A stretch of DNA of 57,529 nucleotides, the filler included, from Catajapyx aquilonaris (lineage: Eukaryota), in the NCBI GenBank assembly GCA_000934665.2. It is 2 parts of 2 records of this genome, joined end to end, with 100 filler letters (N's around TTAATTAATTAA, not from the genome) between each part and the next. Parts side by side here need not be neighbours in the genome. Positions count along the whole stretch, not along the records: positions 1 to 28,719 come from KZ539241.1; 1 more part is not named here. One strand, 5' to 3'. Shown here piece by piece: positions 1-12,129 of this stretch. The translations under genes and the position numbers were made by a program. Each line of letters begins with the position of its first letter. The stretch's first letter is position 1. Under the pieces are notes generated by a model. The model saw nothing but the letters and a program-made list of their open reading frames with translations, was not told the origin of the DNA and searched no databases.

Positions 1-748
1 ATCCAACGGCGTAAGTCCGAGGTCTGTACGACCTCGGGAAGTGGGAGATCTTTTCCATCCTATATCCTCGTCGGATTGGGGCTTTATATATATTAGATGC
101 CCCCACAATTACCGTACAGGTTGGCAACGTTCAACCTCCCCCTGCCCGGCTTCATGCTCCATAACCCAACCCGCTCTATTCAAATGAAGGCCCACCGCGC
201 CGTTTGAACATGTGGCGTTGTCATGTAATAATGTGCGCCAATGTTCGAAATTTAATTAATTAGCCAATTTAGATTAGTGAGGCGAATGAATGAGTGCAGA
301 ATGTAAGTTATGGACACCATTCTTTATTATCTCCGTAAAATTACGTGTCTTTGTGATGCGCCAATCGGCCGTTGAATTTTTCCCTTGACATGGCACTACG
401 TCTTCAGAGCTTGCAAGAAAATCCTGAACAATTCCCAATGTGCAAAAAGATACTGAAATCGCAAGTGAATGCCAATAATAATAATAATAATAGAACCGAA
501 TTGAGGTGAATTGATTTGAATGGAATGGAAGCGAACGGAAGCAAATGGCTCATTGAATTAAGTGGCTCCAGAATAATAATGGCATATCCCAACAAGGGTC
601 GAAATTGACACTCATTCAAGACATGACTATGAAACAATGGTTCAAGTATGAGCAGGTTGGGATTTGCCATTGCATCGCTATGTAGCTTTGTACACCTCAA
701 GAACTTCCGATTGGAGTTCCACATCCGCGGAAGAATTATTACATAATA

Positions 749-1035
749 CAGGGTCATCGAAGAAGAATGTTCCATTTTTAAAACCCTACCGTATAACTCG
801 AAAACTTCTAGACATATCTTAATGATTTAAGTGTTGAAATGCTAAGAAATGTCTAAAGTTTTGTTCTTATCAGTTTGTTTCGGTATGAGCACCATTTGTA
901 GCTCGGAAAATTTTAATGCGGTAATCGGTGTCTTGCCTAACCCGCTTAGGCATGTCTGGCGTTACTATTGCAATCTTTTCCCGTCGGTGATGGAGATGCT
1001 AGACTCTTGACCGAGTCCATCGGGGTAAGATCTGT
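749..1035 (-). mobile_element. Tc1/mariner-type transposon, degenerate 3' end
   Basis: TA-flanked terminus CAGGGTCATCGAAGAAGAATG at 749. Minus strand reads ...DLTPMD...IAIVTPDMPKRVRQDTDYRIKIFRATNGAHTE, resembling the SPDLTP motif and C-terminus of mariner-like transposases. Confidence 0.65.
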
Positions 1036-1107
1036 TTTTTTAAATTTGTTTTTTTTTGTTTTTTTGTTTTTTTTTTTGGGGGGGGGGGGGGCNAAAATTG
1101 TTAAAGT

Positions 1108-1427
1108 ACATGGCACAAAATGTATGGCCTTCCGTTCGATTTGCCTGAAAATAGGATATGTTGCAGCCCAGACCGTCCTGATCAATGTTGGATAGGGACT
1201 TTTCGAGGTAGGACCTACAGGGAGCGTGTTAATGACCTCAGAAGGTAATGTGGGGAGTAGTAACTACTCCCCGTGTGGCCCATATTACATTAGCACGCTC
1301 CCTGTAGCTCCTACATCGAAATGTCCCTATCTAACATTGATCAGGACGGTCTGGGCTACAACATATCCCATTTTCAGGCAAATCTAACGGAAGGCCACTG
1401 GCCCATAAGTTACATTTTGTGCCATGT
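1108..1427. mobile_element. Foldback MITE with ~130 bp inverted arms
   Basis: ACATGGCACAAAATGTA..GGCCTTCCGTT..GGGAGCGTGTTAATG (1108-1234) is the reverse complement of CATTAGCACGCTCCC..AACGGAAGGCC..TACATTTTGTGCCATGT (1288-1427). Confidence 0.75.
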
Positions 1428-1489
1428 CCTTTCTCATTCAAGACTTCGCACACTGGGGGGCTGAACAAATGAAACTTTCCTACGGAAGG

Positions 1490-1810
1490 TTTGTTTCATG
1501 GATGATGCGACTTTTTATGTGCATCCTCAAGAACAATGTGTGTGGTGTAAAGACCCGTCATCGCCATCAACTACGGGATAGGATTGCAATGGTAACTGCA
1601 GTTTTCATTGAGCAGGTTAGGTATGACAACGATTACCGCCATTTTAATCTATCCAGCGACAAATGAAGCTCACACACAATAGAAGCAAACTAAGGTGAGA
1701 CCAAAGGTTAGACCTTCATTAGCATTTCAAAACTTAAAGCATTCAGATAAGTCTACAAGTTTTCGTGTTATATGGTTTTAAAAATGGGACATTCTTTTTC
1801 GATGACCCCA
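1490..1810 (+). mobile_element. Tc1/mariner-type transposon remnant, second copy of the family at 749-1035
   Basis: Peptide remnants CFMDDATFYVH (FSDEATF-like first catalytic Asp) and LKNNVCGVKTRHRHQLRDRIA. The 3' end is homologous to the reverse complement of 749-990 and ends GATGACCCCA|TA. Confidence 0.6.
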
Positions 1811-2063
1811 TAAATCCCAAGCAGGTGGACAAGATGGTGTACGCCACTAATGGTCAACAACGGTTGTGTGAACAAGACGTGACATCCCTTCATGCCTTAT
1901 TCCGCAATGATTTCATCCGGTCGTTGCCTTTCATCCCTCCCATGTACCATCTTTTTTCCGTACTCTTAAAGTTATATAATGGTGACGTGTGAATGCACGC
2001 CTTTATGCCATTACCAACAGTGTTAAAAATTGAAAATTGACTTCTTTGAAGGATCCTCTAACA

Positions 2064-2372
2064 CAGAGGTTCCCAAACTTTTTGAGTCGCGGAGCACTTT
2101 CCAGGAGAGATATTCGTGACGGAGCACGAAGATCATCGAGCCGCGTAAGCAGAAAAAAATTCTGGTTTGGAGGGGGGAGGGGGAGCGCCAAATTAGTAAA
2201 ATAGAATGGGAGGGGCGAAAGAGCGCCACAGGCGAAAAATTTTTGGGTTCAAGGTCACACAAGCTACTGAGAGATTTGAATGGGTATAGCTTATTGAAGA
2301 ATTCCTTTTTTCTCCCAACCTCTTCGCGGAGCACTTGGAAAAGCTTCGCGGAGCACAGTTTGGGAAACTCCT
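2064..2372. mobile_element. hAT (Charlie-like) MITE
   Basis: TIR CAGAGGTTCCCAAACT / AGTTTGGGAAACTCCT (right end degenerate); 8-bp CTCTAACA on both sides (2056-2063, 2373-2380). Confidence 0.75.
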
Positions 2373-2380
2373 CTCTAACA

Positions 2381-2622
2381 CAGTGGTTCCCAACCTGGCG
2401 GTCACGAAGCCTTTTCCGAGGGGTCGCGCGCGGCCGCGGTAATGTTTATAAACTTAAAAAAATTACTAAATTTTCTAAAAAAAACACAAAAATTTATAGG
2501 AAATTTCATCGCGAAGGGTTTTTTAAAGCACCTACTAACACTGGGGGGGGGGGGGGGGGTTGTCGCANCAGGTTACTTGACTATCATAAAAGGGGGTCGC
2601 GAGCTGAGGTTGGGAACCACTG
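2381..2622. mobile_element. hAT (Charlie-like) MITE
   Basis: Perfect 16-bp TIR CAGTGGTTCCCAACCT / AGGTTGGGAACCACTG; 8-bp TSD CTCTAACA (2373-2380, 2623-2630). Confidence 0.85.
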
Positions 2623-2945
2623 CTCTAACAGAATATGAAGATAAGAATTCAAATAGTGGCAACAAATCATGTAGGTACAGTAATTCAGTAAATAAATTAC
2701 TAGACGTACATTTCCATCGAGTACAATCAGTCAATAAAATTAGGGCAGAGTTCCAGTGCGCAGCCCATGAGCCAGGTCTAATCACAAGTTTGCATCTGAG
2801 TTCATCAGTCAGCAACAATAACAGCAGTAAAAAATCACAGCCAGTGTGCAAAAATGAGCAATTACATCATTAATTTGTATATGCATTACATGAGGACACT
2901 CGTGGATCACACAAAGGAATCTCAGTTTGGATGGCTGCAACTGAC

Positions 2946-3228
2946 CTCTTGATAAACAAGGAGATGAACTGCTGTCCCCGCTGCCTTGCGAGCTGCTGCC
3001 CTGGTTGCGTAGGCTGTGCCGAGAGCTGGACCGACCACATGGGGCAGTAATGGTCAAGCTGTTGGCTGCTGGGGAGGAGCAGCCAGAAGCAGCTAAGGGA
3101 GACAGGCACAGCGGCGGAGGAGGAGGTGGAGGAGATGGTTGAGCCAGGCAGTCAGGTTCAGGTGGTGGAGACATGGCTTCCCGCATGGCATGGCTTCGCA
3201 CTAACAACCGGACTTTAGTGTGTGACTG
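2946..3228 (-). CDS. enc: encore/R3HDM/ARPP21-family protein, internal coding exon (QSHTKVRLLVRSHAMRE...SSPCLSR)
   Basis: Polypyrimidine tract then CAG acceptor (tandem CAGCAG); donor G|GTCAGT; 283 bp, phase 0 to 1. KVRLLVRSHAMREAMSPP and SPCLSR(D) resemble the KL.RSLAVCEESS and LSRDSS motifs that precede the R3H domain in R3HDM/ARPP21/encore proteins (recalled, not searched). Confidence 0.7.
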
Positions 3229-3357
3229 CTGGGAGGGAATAAAATCAAAAACAACTGAGACAGATTTCTGTTGACATAGTTTCATGCAGACAAGCATTCC
3301 TCCACTGTGTCATATTTTCTGAGTAGTCCTGAAGAGTAGAAAGTATGCTGTCCAGTT

Positions 3358-3359
3358 AA

Positions 3360-3422
<63 letters not shown>

Positions 3423-3430
3423 CATTATTA
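3358..3430. repeat. (ATT)n microsatellite
   Basis: Direct trinucleotide run. Confidence 0.95.
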
Positions 3431-5510
3431 CTGAAAAACCCTTCCATATTTGAGATAGGATTTCTAATATTAACCACAGTTGCCTGTGGTTTTCCTGGTC
3501 AATTCTTGACATTTTGGACTCATTCCAATTAAAAATCACAATTGCAATGTGATTTTCTTCCATCTTTCCTCTGCAGCAAAATTTGTACTTTCATTTCATT
3601 ATTTATATAGTAAGAAGGATCAAGGCATAATTATATGCCCATGGTACATAAAATCCACATCTTTCACTAGGGCCTGTATACATAATGGGCAATTGAGCAT
3701 TGGATTGAGATTGGATTACCATACATTAACGAGGAACTGCCGGTTGATCTGTAAAAACCAGGGTCATTTACACATCTGACATCACCAAGGATATTGGACC
3801 CAGGCCGCTGTTTGTTGATTGAATTTTCGAGAGTTCCGCAGAGCAATAGGTGAATGGAGGCCTGGGGCAAGATGGCAGGAATGTCATGAGCAAATGTGCT
3901 ATTAAAATATGACAAGGAACAGGCCCGCCATACCAAAATAAATCAGGCAAAAAAGAGAAAATCAGATATAAAGACACTATCTGGTAATTCCTGGCTGATG
4001 CTATATCATGCCCCCAACTGATGGAGAATCTTCACACACCAGGGAAACATGCCCCTTATGGTGGACTACTGTAGATTTAAAAACACTCCATATTGACTCC
4101 ATATCGACAGGCCAATACTTGCAATATGACCCAAAAGTTCAAATATTATCTATCCGTCACAATTTTCAGATAACAAATCCAAACCAATGTTCATTCTATG
4201 CTGCTACAAGTGCAACAATATAAGCGTAAAATAATACAACTTTTCATTAATAACACATAAATAATCATATAGCCTATGCCCTATAGAATTTGCTTGGGTC
4301 AGTGCCTCCAGAACTCTACTTGTCCGCTGGAGTCATCAGTAGTGTGCGGAGAGGGAGGACGCGCCATCTACGTGAGATATATGGTACTACCTCCACACAC
4401 GGGAGGGGAGGGGGGGGGGTGCGCAAGACTGTGTTGCTAAGTTTCGGCAAGGGAGTTCACTCTCGTTCGCTCTCGTTTTAAAATATCACGTTCGAACTTC
4501 ATCAATCCATCTGGTAGGGGTAGCACAGTCGCTATAGACTGCTAGAGAATGTGCTGGTTCCTAGGCTGCTCGCTCTAGAGCTCGAACATGGGTATCCATA
4601 ACAAGAATCTCCGCTCATACATGAGCGATTGTTCTTGGACAGATAGGGTTTCCCACGGGATATGCATTATGTGATGTCACAATGATGTCATTCGGATATA
4701 GCATTGGTTGAAATCGCCCTTATCCAGTACTTAAGGATAGCTCAATCCGCAGTACTGGTAGTGTTTATCCATTATGCATAATTATGGACTGAGGTCAATC
4801 CCACAATTCAATCGGGATCGGTGAGTGCCGCGATTCAGGAGGTATAGTACAGTGCAATCATGACCATAGCAAATGATTAGGCTTGGTTGAATACATTTAA
4901 ACTGATTTAAACATTTCATACTATAACTTATAATATTGAATGTTAGACGATTTTTTAAAAAAGATCGTCATGCGACCTGTGCACCATTTTGTCACAGCTA
5001 CATAATTCCCATGAGCTATAAAATCAAAACACTCACAACCCCACAATGGGTGAGTGTTCCGATAATTGTTACTGATCCCTATTTTTTTTGTTCCAAGCCA
5101 CAGGCAGAGAAAACTGGTTTGAAAAGAGATGGTGACGTTTTTTGGCCAGTAAAGAGCATTACGTGTGTCAATCAACTCATATTTATTTCTTTGTCACATA
5201 TTAGCAAAGCAAATCCGTTTGACGAAACGATAGGTTATAACAGAGTGGGATAAATTTGCTAAAAAAAAAACATATTGCCCATATATCTCTTATCCTTCAG
5301 TATTCATATAGCCTTCTTTCACTTAATGGCCAGGTTGCATACCCTGCCTGACTCTGCAATTCCCAGTACACTAGGTTACACCCACTGATGCTACCGCGTA
5401 TGAACAGCATGCTCGTCCGGTCTGTCAGTCTGTCTTTATGTCTGTCTACCTGGCTGCCTGCCTGCATGTCTTCCATTGCAGAACAAGTTGCAATCTCAGA
5501 GGATGTGTTT

Positions 5511-5575
5511 GCCCCCGCCAGGAATCGAACCTGGGACCACACTGAGTGAGTGCTCTGCCACTGAGCTACAGGGAC
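5511..5575 (-). mobile_element. tRNA-derived SINE head or pseudo-tRNA
   Basis: Minus strand GTCCCTGTAGCTCAGTGG (A box) ... GGTTCGATTCC (B box); acceptor and T stems pair but the anticodon arm is truncated. Confidence 0.65.
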
Positions 5576-5685
5576 TGCACTACCGATGAGGTCGCAATGG
5601 ATCAGCCAGCAAGCGCACACGCACAGTACCCTTCGCACAATAATGCATCTATTTTGATGTTATTGAAGCTATATGTTGGACTCAC

Positions 5686-5883
5686 CCTTGGCGATGATGA
5701 TTGCCCGTCTTCGCCCTTACAAGGAGTAGATGGTGGTTGGTCACCCTGATCTGGTTGTTGGCCTTGTCGAACATCCTCCACGGCCTCAGCCCCCATAGCC
5801 TCGGCCTGACCCTCCTCAGTCGAAGACCACACCTGCTCACCTTCCAGTGGTGGAACATCATCCTCTGCTTCCTCAAACTCGGC
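5686..5883 (-). CDS. enc: encore/R3HDM/ARPP21-family protein, internal coding exon (AEFEEAEDD...SSSPR)
   Basis: Acceptor TTCTCTCAG|, donor AGG|GTGAGT; 198 bp, phase 0 to 0, open frame; splices in frame to both neighbouring exons. Confidence 0.7.
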
Positions 5884-6231
5884 CTGAGAGAATAGGCACC
5901 CATGTGGCTAACTAATATTGAAATGAGTTTCTCATGTCACATCCCTGTCCCAAGCTTGTTACAAAGATAATTAGAGAAAAAAATGTAATGTCTATTTAGA
6001 CTAGCATTGACAGAAAAATAACTTGATGATCACATCCGTCTGCACAATCGAACATCCAACACCGTGGTACGATCCGTTACATGTGATAGCTTTCAATGTT
6101 GCCTCACACAGCTTAGTACTACGCATTTTAAAAATGTAGGCTATATATCAATGCATTTGTAATTCCTAATCAAAATGCAGTCTAGAAAATTGATTTTTAT
6201 TTTAAATAACCGTCGTAAAGCAAAGCCTTAC

Positions 6232-6332
6232 CTGTTTGGATAACAATCTCTGGGATCGTAGACTTCCAGAACGTTCCATCCTTGGACTGGTAGGAGCACT
6301 ATTTGAACCGTTGTGCACTATTATACTGGGAA
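6232..6332 (-). CDS. enc: encore/R3HDM/ARPP21-family protein, near-N-terminal exon (xPSIIVHNGSNSAPTSPRMERSGSLRSQRLLSKQ)
   Basis: Acceptor CTTCTTTCCTCCTCAG|, donor CAG|GTAAGG; 101 bp, phase 1 to 0, in frame with exon 5883-5686. Confidence 0.7.
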
Positions 6333-6520
6333 CTGAGGAGGAAAGAAGTAAAGATATATGTACTTCAAAATATAGCCATAGAAGCGAAAGAAGGTGCATA
6401 AAGATGAATGGTCAATGTGGAAAATGAAAAATGACAAAACAATACATGTAAAACTATCCGAACAGTCAAACATAGAATGTGTTTGCAGTAGCATCAGTGT
6501 GCTATAAATGGGTGTGTACC

Positions 6521-6800
6521 TGTCTTCAATAAGCTGTGGGACCGGAAGTAGTTGTTTTTACTGTAACTGTGGGGACTTTCATTCATCTGTGGGGACATTT
6601 TCCCCACTTGCGGGGACATTTACGGTCCCCACAAGAAAATTGCGGGTTTGCTTTTGCAGTAGTGGGGACAAGTCCCAACTATTTTCAGTTGCGGGGTTTT
6701 AGAAAAGTCCATTTTTCTCAGCCTAAGTTACATAGGGTAGGTTAGGTTAGGTTAGACTACCTTTGAAAAGTTGTCTTTTTCACGTCCCCACGGCTAATAT
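6521..6800 (+). mobile_element. Non-autonomous element with short inverted ends, GGGGAC repeats and an internal (GGTTA)n tract; possibly Helentron/HINE-like
   Basis: Homologous along its length to 33744-34028; starts GTCTTCAATAAGCTGTGGG and ends CCCCACGGCTAAT. Confidence 0.7.
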
Positions 6801-7420
6801 ATACACACACACCGGTAGGCTAAAATAGTTTCCCCCAAAGGTATCCTGGTGCCATATAACCATCATCACTCTATCAAGGTGAAACTGTTTTTCCTCCCCT
6901 CACCTTCATCATGCCAGAGTGCTGAGGGTTGTCTATAGCGCCAGGATATACGTTTGTGCGAAACTTGTTTGGCATAGAATACAGAACGGTTGATAAGCTG
7001 GATTACATCATCGTCCATTTCGATTTTCATGGCATTTTTAAAATCGAAAGTATCAGAATGATTATGCAAAATAAGATAAAGCCCTTCAATCATTCCGATA
7101 AAGTTAGTCCATGTCATTAAACTCAGGCGACGCAATAGTGTAGGGCTGTAGGCCTACAATGTCTTACTTATGAAAGTTCAACGGCATCATTGTATTGTGG
7201 AACTACTGCATCTCGTTGTCCGATGATGTGTGTAAATTCCTTGTAATCGTTACATTACTTCTATACGTGGTAGTCTACATGGTATGTGAAGAAAACTGTG
7301 GCTCCGAAATTCAAGGCATCCTTTCTACATTCCACTTGAATAAGATACCTCTTTCGCTCGCTTCTTTCATGTCGTCACATTTCGTGAATGTGTCTGCGTA
7401 AAATTATACCTTGAATTATA

Positions 7421-7856
7421 CCAGAGGGAAGGGAAACTAGCGGATAATCGCCAGGTAGACTGATAGTACTCGTAAAACTAATATAGGGATGTGCAATTAG
7501 TTTTTGCCACCGTTGCGTAGTAATGCGTGCGGCGCCTTCAAAGTTTCGTGACGTCACATCCGCTCCACCTGTTTCAAAAAGCAAAACTCAGCTCATGGAC
7601 CTCCGAATAATCCGGCCTGGGTCCCCTAAAATGCCTAAATCATCGTCCTTGTGCAATAGGTGATCAAATCCCGTCGAAGTAAGAATCCGCACGACACCTG
7701 TCCATTTTGTCGTTTTTACCTCATCAGTATTTTACCATCCGGCCGTACGCATTAACTACAGAACGGAGCCAAAAACTAATTGCACATCCCTATATTAGTT
7801 TTGCGAGTACTATATCAGTCTACCTGGCGATTGTCCGCGAGCTTCCCTTCACCTTG
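7421..7856. mobile_element. MITE with ~110 bp TIRs and TA flanks (Tc1/mariner-like)
   Basis: GAAGGGAAACTAGCGGATAATCGCCAGGTAGACTGATAGTACTCG..TGCAATTAGTTTTTG is inverted at 7741-7856. Confidence 0.75.
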
Positions 7857-8394
7857 TATAAAAAATATTCAGACTGTCTACGGCCCATTCCGCTAATCCA
7901 CACTTCATTGCTTAAAACAGTGGTTCCCAACCTTTTCGTCATGAAGCTCCCCTTTTCACCAAATACTCTCAACCCCCCCCCCGTCCCAATAAATTTCAGC
8001 AAGAGTTTCTTGAAAGATATTTTGATAACTACACAAGAGGAATGAAAACATATCGGAATAGGGGAAACGACAAATTTTTTTTCCAAGGTCACACAAGTTT
8101 AGGTGAATGTAACTGACAAAGTACAGTGGAATCCTGCTATATTGTAAGCACATCGGATATAAGCAAGTAGAAGAGTAGGCCTCTTCATATATCCAGCAGC
8201 TCCAAGCGCAAGCATCTTACATATTTTATTTATTTCTCATGGCCTCACGCCCCCNNNNNNNNNNNNNNNNNNNNNAGACTTTCTGACCTCCTTGTAACAG
8301 AGGGAGCAACGAACAAAGGCCTGTAGTACAAGCACAAACATTCAGAAAATCTCACGAAAACGAAAATGCCACCACCTATTTTCTGACAAATAAT

Positions 8395-10490
8395 GGGTCA
8401 TTCCATGTCAATTGACCTAGCTTTTAAGGGAAATTGACCATTGGGTTGTCAGATCATGATGGAAAACGGCGCATCGCTGTAATTACGTCCTCCAAGAATA
8501 CCATTTGCGGGGTTTTGCGATCCCCCCCCCCCCCTCCTCCTCCCCGGAGATAGGCCCACCGAAAAAAAGGCCTTTTCGGAAGGTATAGGGTTTCAGAAAT
8601 GGGTCATACCTCGTGAACCAATTGAGCTACAGACGTCGTCGACCACTCGAATTGAATGGATTCGAGAGCCCAATCTCGCCAAACATTAAAAATTCGTATT
8701 TGGACTTTTTATGACAATTTTGTCCCATTTCCAAAATTTCAAATTTTTTGTTGAAAATTTCTTCCCAATTTAAAAATCCGATTTTTAAATCATGTTATAG
8801 CTCAGACCCTTTCCTTGACCTAGAAAAATATCCAAGTAGGAGTTTTTTTATTTAACGAAAATGATTGCATTTGAAGAAGCGCATGCGCACCCAAATTACA
8901 CCAGGCGCCAAATCTCATGTCGTGCATGTTGGAAGCAGAGTTGGAAACAAGTTGGTAGCAAGCCTTCTTAGACTAATTCGACCACGCTGATTTCGAAAAT
9001 CGAGGTTAGAACTCTGGATTTGGGGTCCTTCTGGCCCAAAAGCAAGATCGCGTCAAAGGTTACGGCATTTTCAAGAATTACAAGGCAGTCGCGAATTTTT
9101 GCCGTAAATGTGGCATGTGAGGTGTGGTTTTAGGGGTTTTCTGGGTCGACAAGGTCAACCACGAGTGACCCGAGGTCATATGACGTCACTGGAAGTAGAA
9201 AATGTGAAGTGACAGGTAGTTTTATGGACCTGAAAGATCTCGTTCATTACACACAGATAAAAGTCACGGATACGTTATCTGGCAATAACATATTACATTA
9301 TGACATGAAGTGCTATGAAATGCATCCGTAATAACTATGAGCAATGTAACCTAAATACAAAATGCACACAGTTACTACCAAAGATATACAGACGTAAGGG
9401 CTTGACTTACCGGTAAGCACTGAACCCAGTCTGATTGTTACCATCAAAGACTTATGTATTTGTCATAATGTAACATAATATAGCCGTCACAACGTATTCC
9501 GTGACATTTATCTGTGTGCAATGAACGAGATCTTTCAAGTCCGTAAAACCACCTGTCACTTCAGATTTTCTACTTCCAGTGACGTCATATGACCTCGGGT
9601 CACTCGTGGTTGACCTTATCGACCCAGAAAATCCATAAACCACACCTCACATGCTACATTTAGGGCAAAAATTCGCCACTACCTTGTAATTCTTGGAAAT
9701 TCCGTAACCTTTGACGCCATCTTGCTTTTGGGCCAGAAGGACCCCAAATCCAGAGTTCTAACCTCGATTTTCGAAATCAGCGTGGTCAAATTAGTCTAAA
9801 AAGGCTTGCTACCAACTTGTTTCCAATTCTGCTTCCAACATGCACGACATGAGATTTGGCGCCTGGTGTAATTTGGGTGCGATATGCGCTTCTTCAAATG
9901 CAATCATTTTCCTTAAATAAAAAAACTCCTACTTGGATATTTTTCTAGGTCAAGGAAAGAGTCTGAGCTATAACATGATTTAAAAATCGGATTTTTAAAT
10001 TGGGAAGAAATTTTCAACAAAAAATTTGAAATTTTGAAAATGGGACAAAATTCTCAAAAAAAGTCAAAATAGGAATTTTTAATGTTTGGTGAGATTGAGC
10101 TCTCGAATCCATTCAATTCGAGTGGTCGACGACGTCTGTAGCTCAATTGGTTCACGAGGTATGACCCATTTCTGAAACCCTATACCTTCCGAAAAGGTCT
10201 TTTCGGACCCCACCATATATATAATACTTTTCAATATATTGACTATAATTATACAATCATTTTTTGAACAATGCCTAAAATGATCGCTAATTCAAAATAA
10301 ACATGCACTTCCTGTTATATACTGTAAAAAATGGCAAAAGTTCGTTGTAATTATCATTTTAATGCATTTTTTCCTAGGGGTCCAAAAAGACCCCACGGCA
10401 CGGTTCCAGGGTTAAAGCGATGCGTCGTTTTTCATCATGATCTGACAACCCAAGGGTCAGGGAGCTCGGTGAATTGACATGGAATGACCA
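8395..10490. mobile_element. 2.1 kb foldback DNA transposon derivative (Sola-like)
   Basis: Termini GGGTCATTCCATGTCAATT / AATTGACATGGAATGACCA, 4-bp TAAT on both flanks; inner inverted arms ~8571-9305 and ~9461-10197 nearly identical; no ORF. Confidence 0.85.
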
Positions 10491-10608
10491 TAATATATTC
10501 CACGAAAGTGTGGGATTTTGCACTCCGAACACCTCCGCAAATTTTCCGCTTCGAATTCGATCTGTCGTTTTCATGTTTACAAGGAATTCCCCATAAGTCG
10601 TAGCCCTG

Positions 10609-10826
10609 TGTTATAGTAAGTTCCGGGCACTCCCCCCCTTTCCGTAATATTAGCTCGTCTCCCCCTTCCGGGGGGTGGGTGGGGCGGTTGCCGCTTTGGC
10701 GCTGGTGATCCTGGCGGACAACTATATGAAGCCTCCCGGGTTCTTATAAAGGCGGAGTCGTCCGCCAGGACCGCCATCGTCGCTCGGCTATACCCTGATG
10801 ACTAAACCAGCGTCAAAGTGGCAACA
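10609..10826 (+). mobile_element. Possible solo LTR
   Basis: TGTTATAG...GGCAACA ends, GC-rich body with TATAAAGGCGG; no clean TSD. Confidence 0.3.
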
Positions 10827-12129
10827 CCCCCCATGGAAGGGGATGACGAGCTTAACTCACGGGGGCTCCCATAAGGCTGGGATAGGAGTGTCATGGGACT
10901 GGTCGTAGTAATGCCTTTTACCAAGGACACGATATATTTGGAATGATTCCGGAACGAAACCAACGTAAGAGAGGGCAAATTTCTGGGTGGTAAGGCGGTC
11001 GATTTCGCCGAGAAGACAAGCGAGTCTCTTCTAGCCTGGATGTGGAGTTGTGGACTGTTCTGAGCACGAAGATGGAGACGATTGTAACCGCTGTTCACTT
11101 TTTGAAGAAATTGGATGCGAGAAAATATATCGGAGAAAGGTGTATTGGGGGTTTATCCAACACGTAAGACAAGAGTTCCAACCACGTACTGTACTGCTAT
11201 ATGCAAGTGGGTGCCAGTTAAGCTCAGTCCACTTAGATAGTCCCAGTGATTGTTGTATCTCGCCTATCTTTAATATCGCTGGTCTTGTACAAGATTTTTT
11301 GAACTACACATTTGTAGCAATGGCGGAATTTGCCATTGCTCGTAACGTAAATTGTGTAGGGTTTGATAATAATTAGGGGCCTATACAGTTTATAATGTCA
11401 AAGTGAAATCATTAAATGTTCATGTTACACAAATATGGAAGTTGTAGTTTGCTTCTCAATGATATTATAAAAATTATGATGATGATGAGCACTACGAGTA
11501 TATTATATTGGGTGGTCAATAACTGGATTATGTTGAGATTCGATGTATATGAAATAATGCCAAATTCCCCATCAATCAGGGTTGGTGGACGTGTGTTGTC
11601 TCATATTCACGTAAAAGCGATCTAATCCAAATATATACCCCGCACGTATTCTAAAACCAACATACTCTACACTGCCTACAGAGTAATTTTGGTCTTAGAA
11701 TCTAGGCCAAGGACTCATCATATACCTGTAGTCCAGTAAAAGGGGCTGGTTACTGACCACCCGGTGTAAGAATGAGAAATCTTTCAAAAGTTAAAAGAGA
11801 CTGATCTAAGACGTGGAACACTCACAGAAGGTCACAATGCATGCTAGTTAATAATGTGCTATTGGGCAATAACAAATCTGAGTAAGATGCACGACAACTG
11901 CGATATGAAAAGTAACGTCGGAACAGGGAACATGTGGTTTGAGACTAACACAAAAATAAGAGGCAACTTTGGCCACTTACAAAATAACTATGCAAAGGCC
12001 ACAATAATTTGCATACAGTAAAGCTAATCATGTGAAATGGGGCCTAAAGGTGTGTTCATAAGCTCGCGAGAACGAGAAGCCAATTCGCTGAACCCCATTT
12101 GTCAGAGGCAGTCCTATGACACTCCTCGA

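Noticed and set aside
5511..5575. Functional tRNA (TCA in the loop, Sec/suppressor-like)
   Set aside because: Anticodon arm is truncated and there is no long variable arm; better explained as a SINE head.
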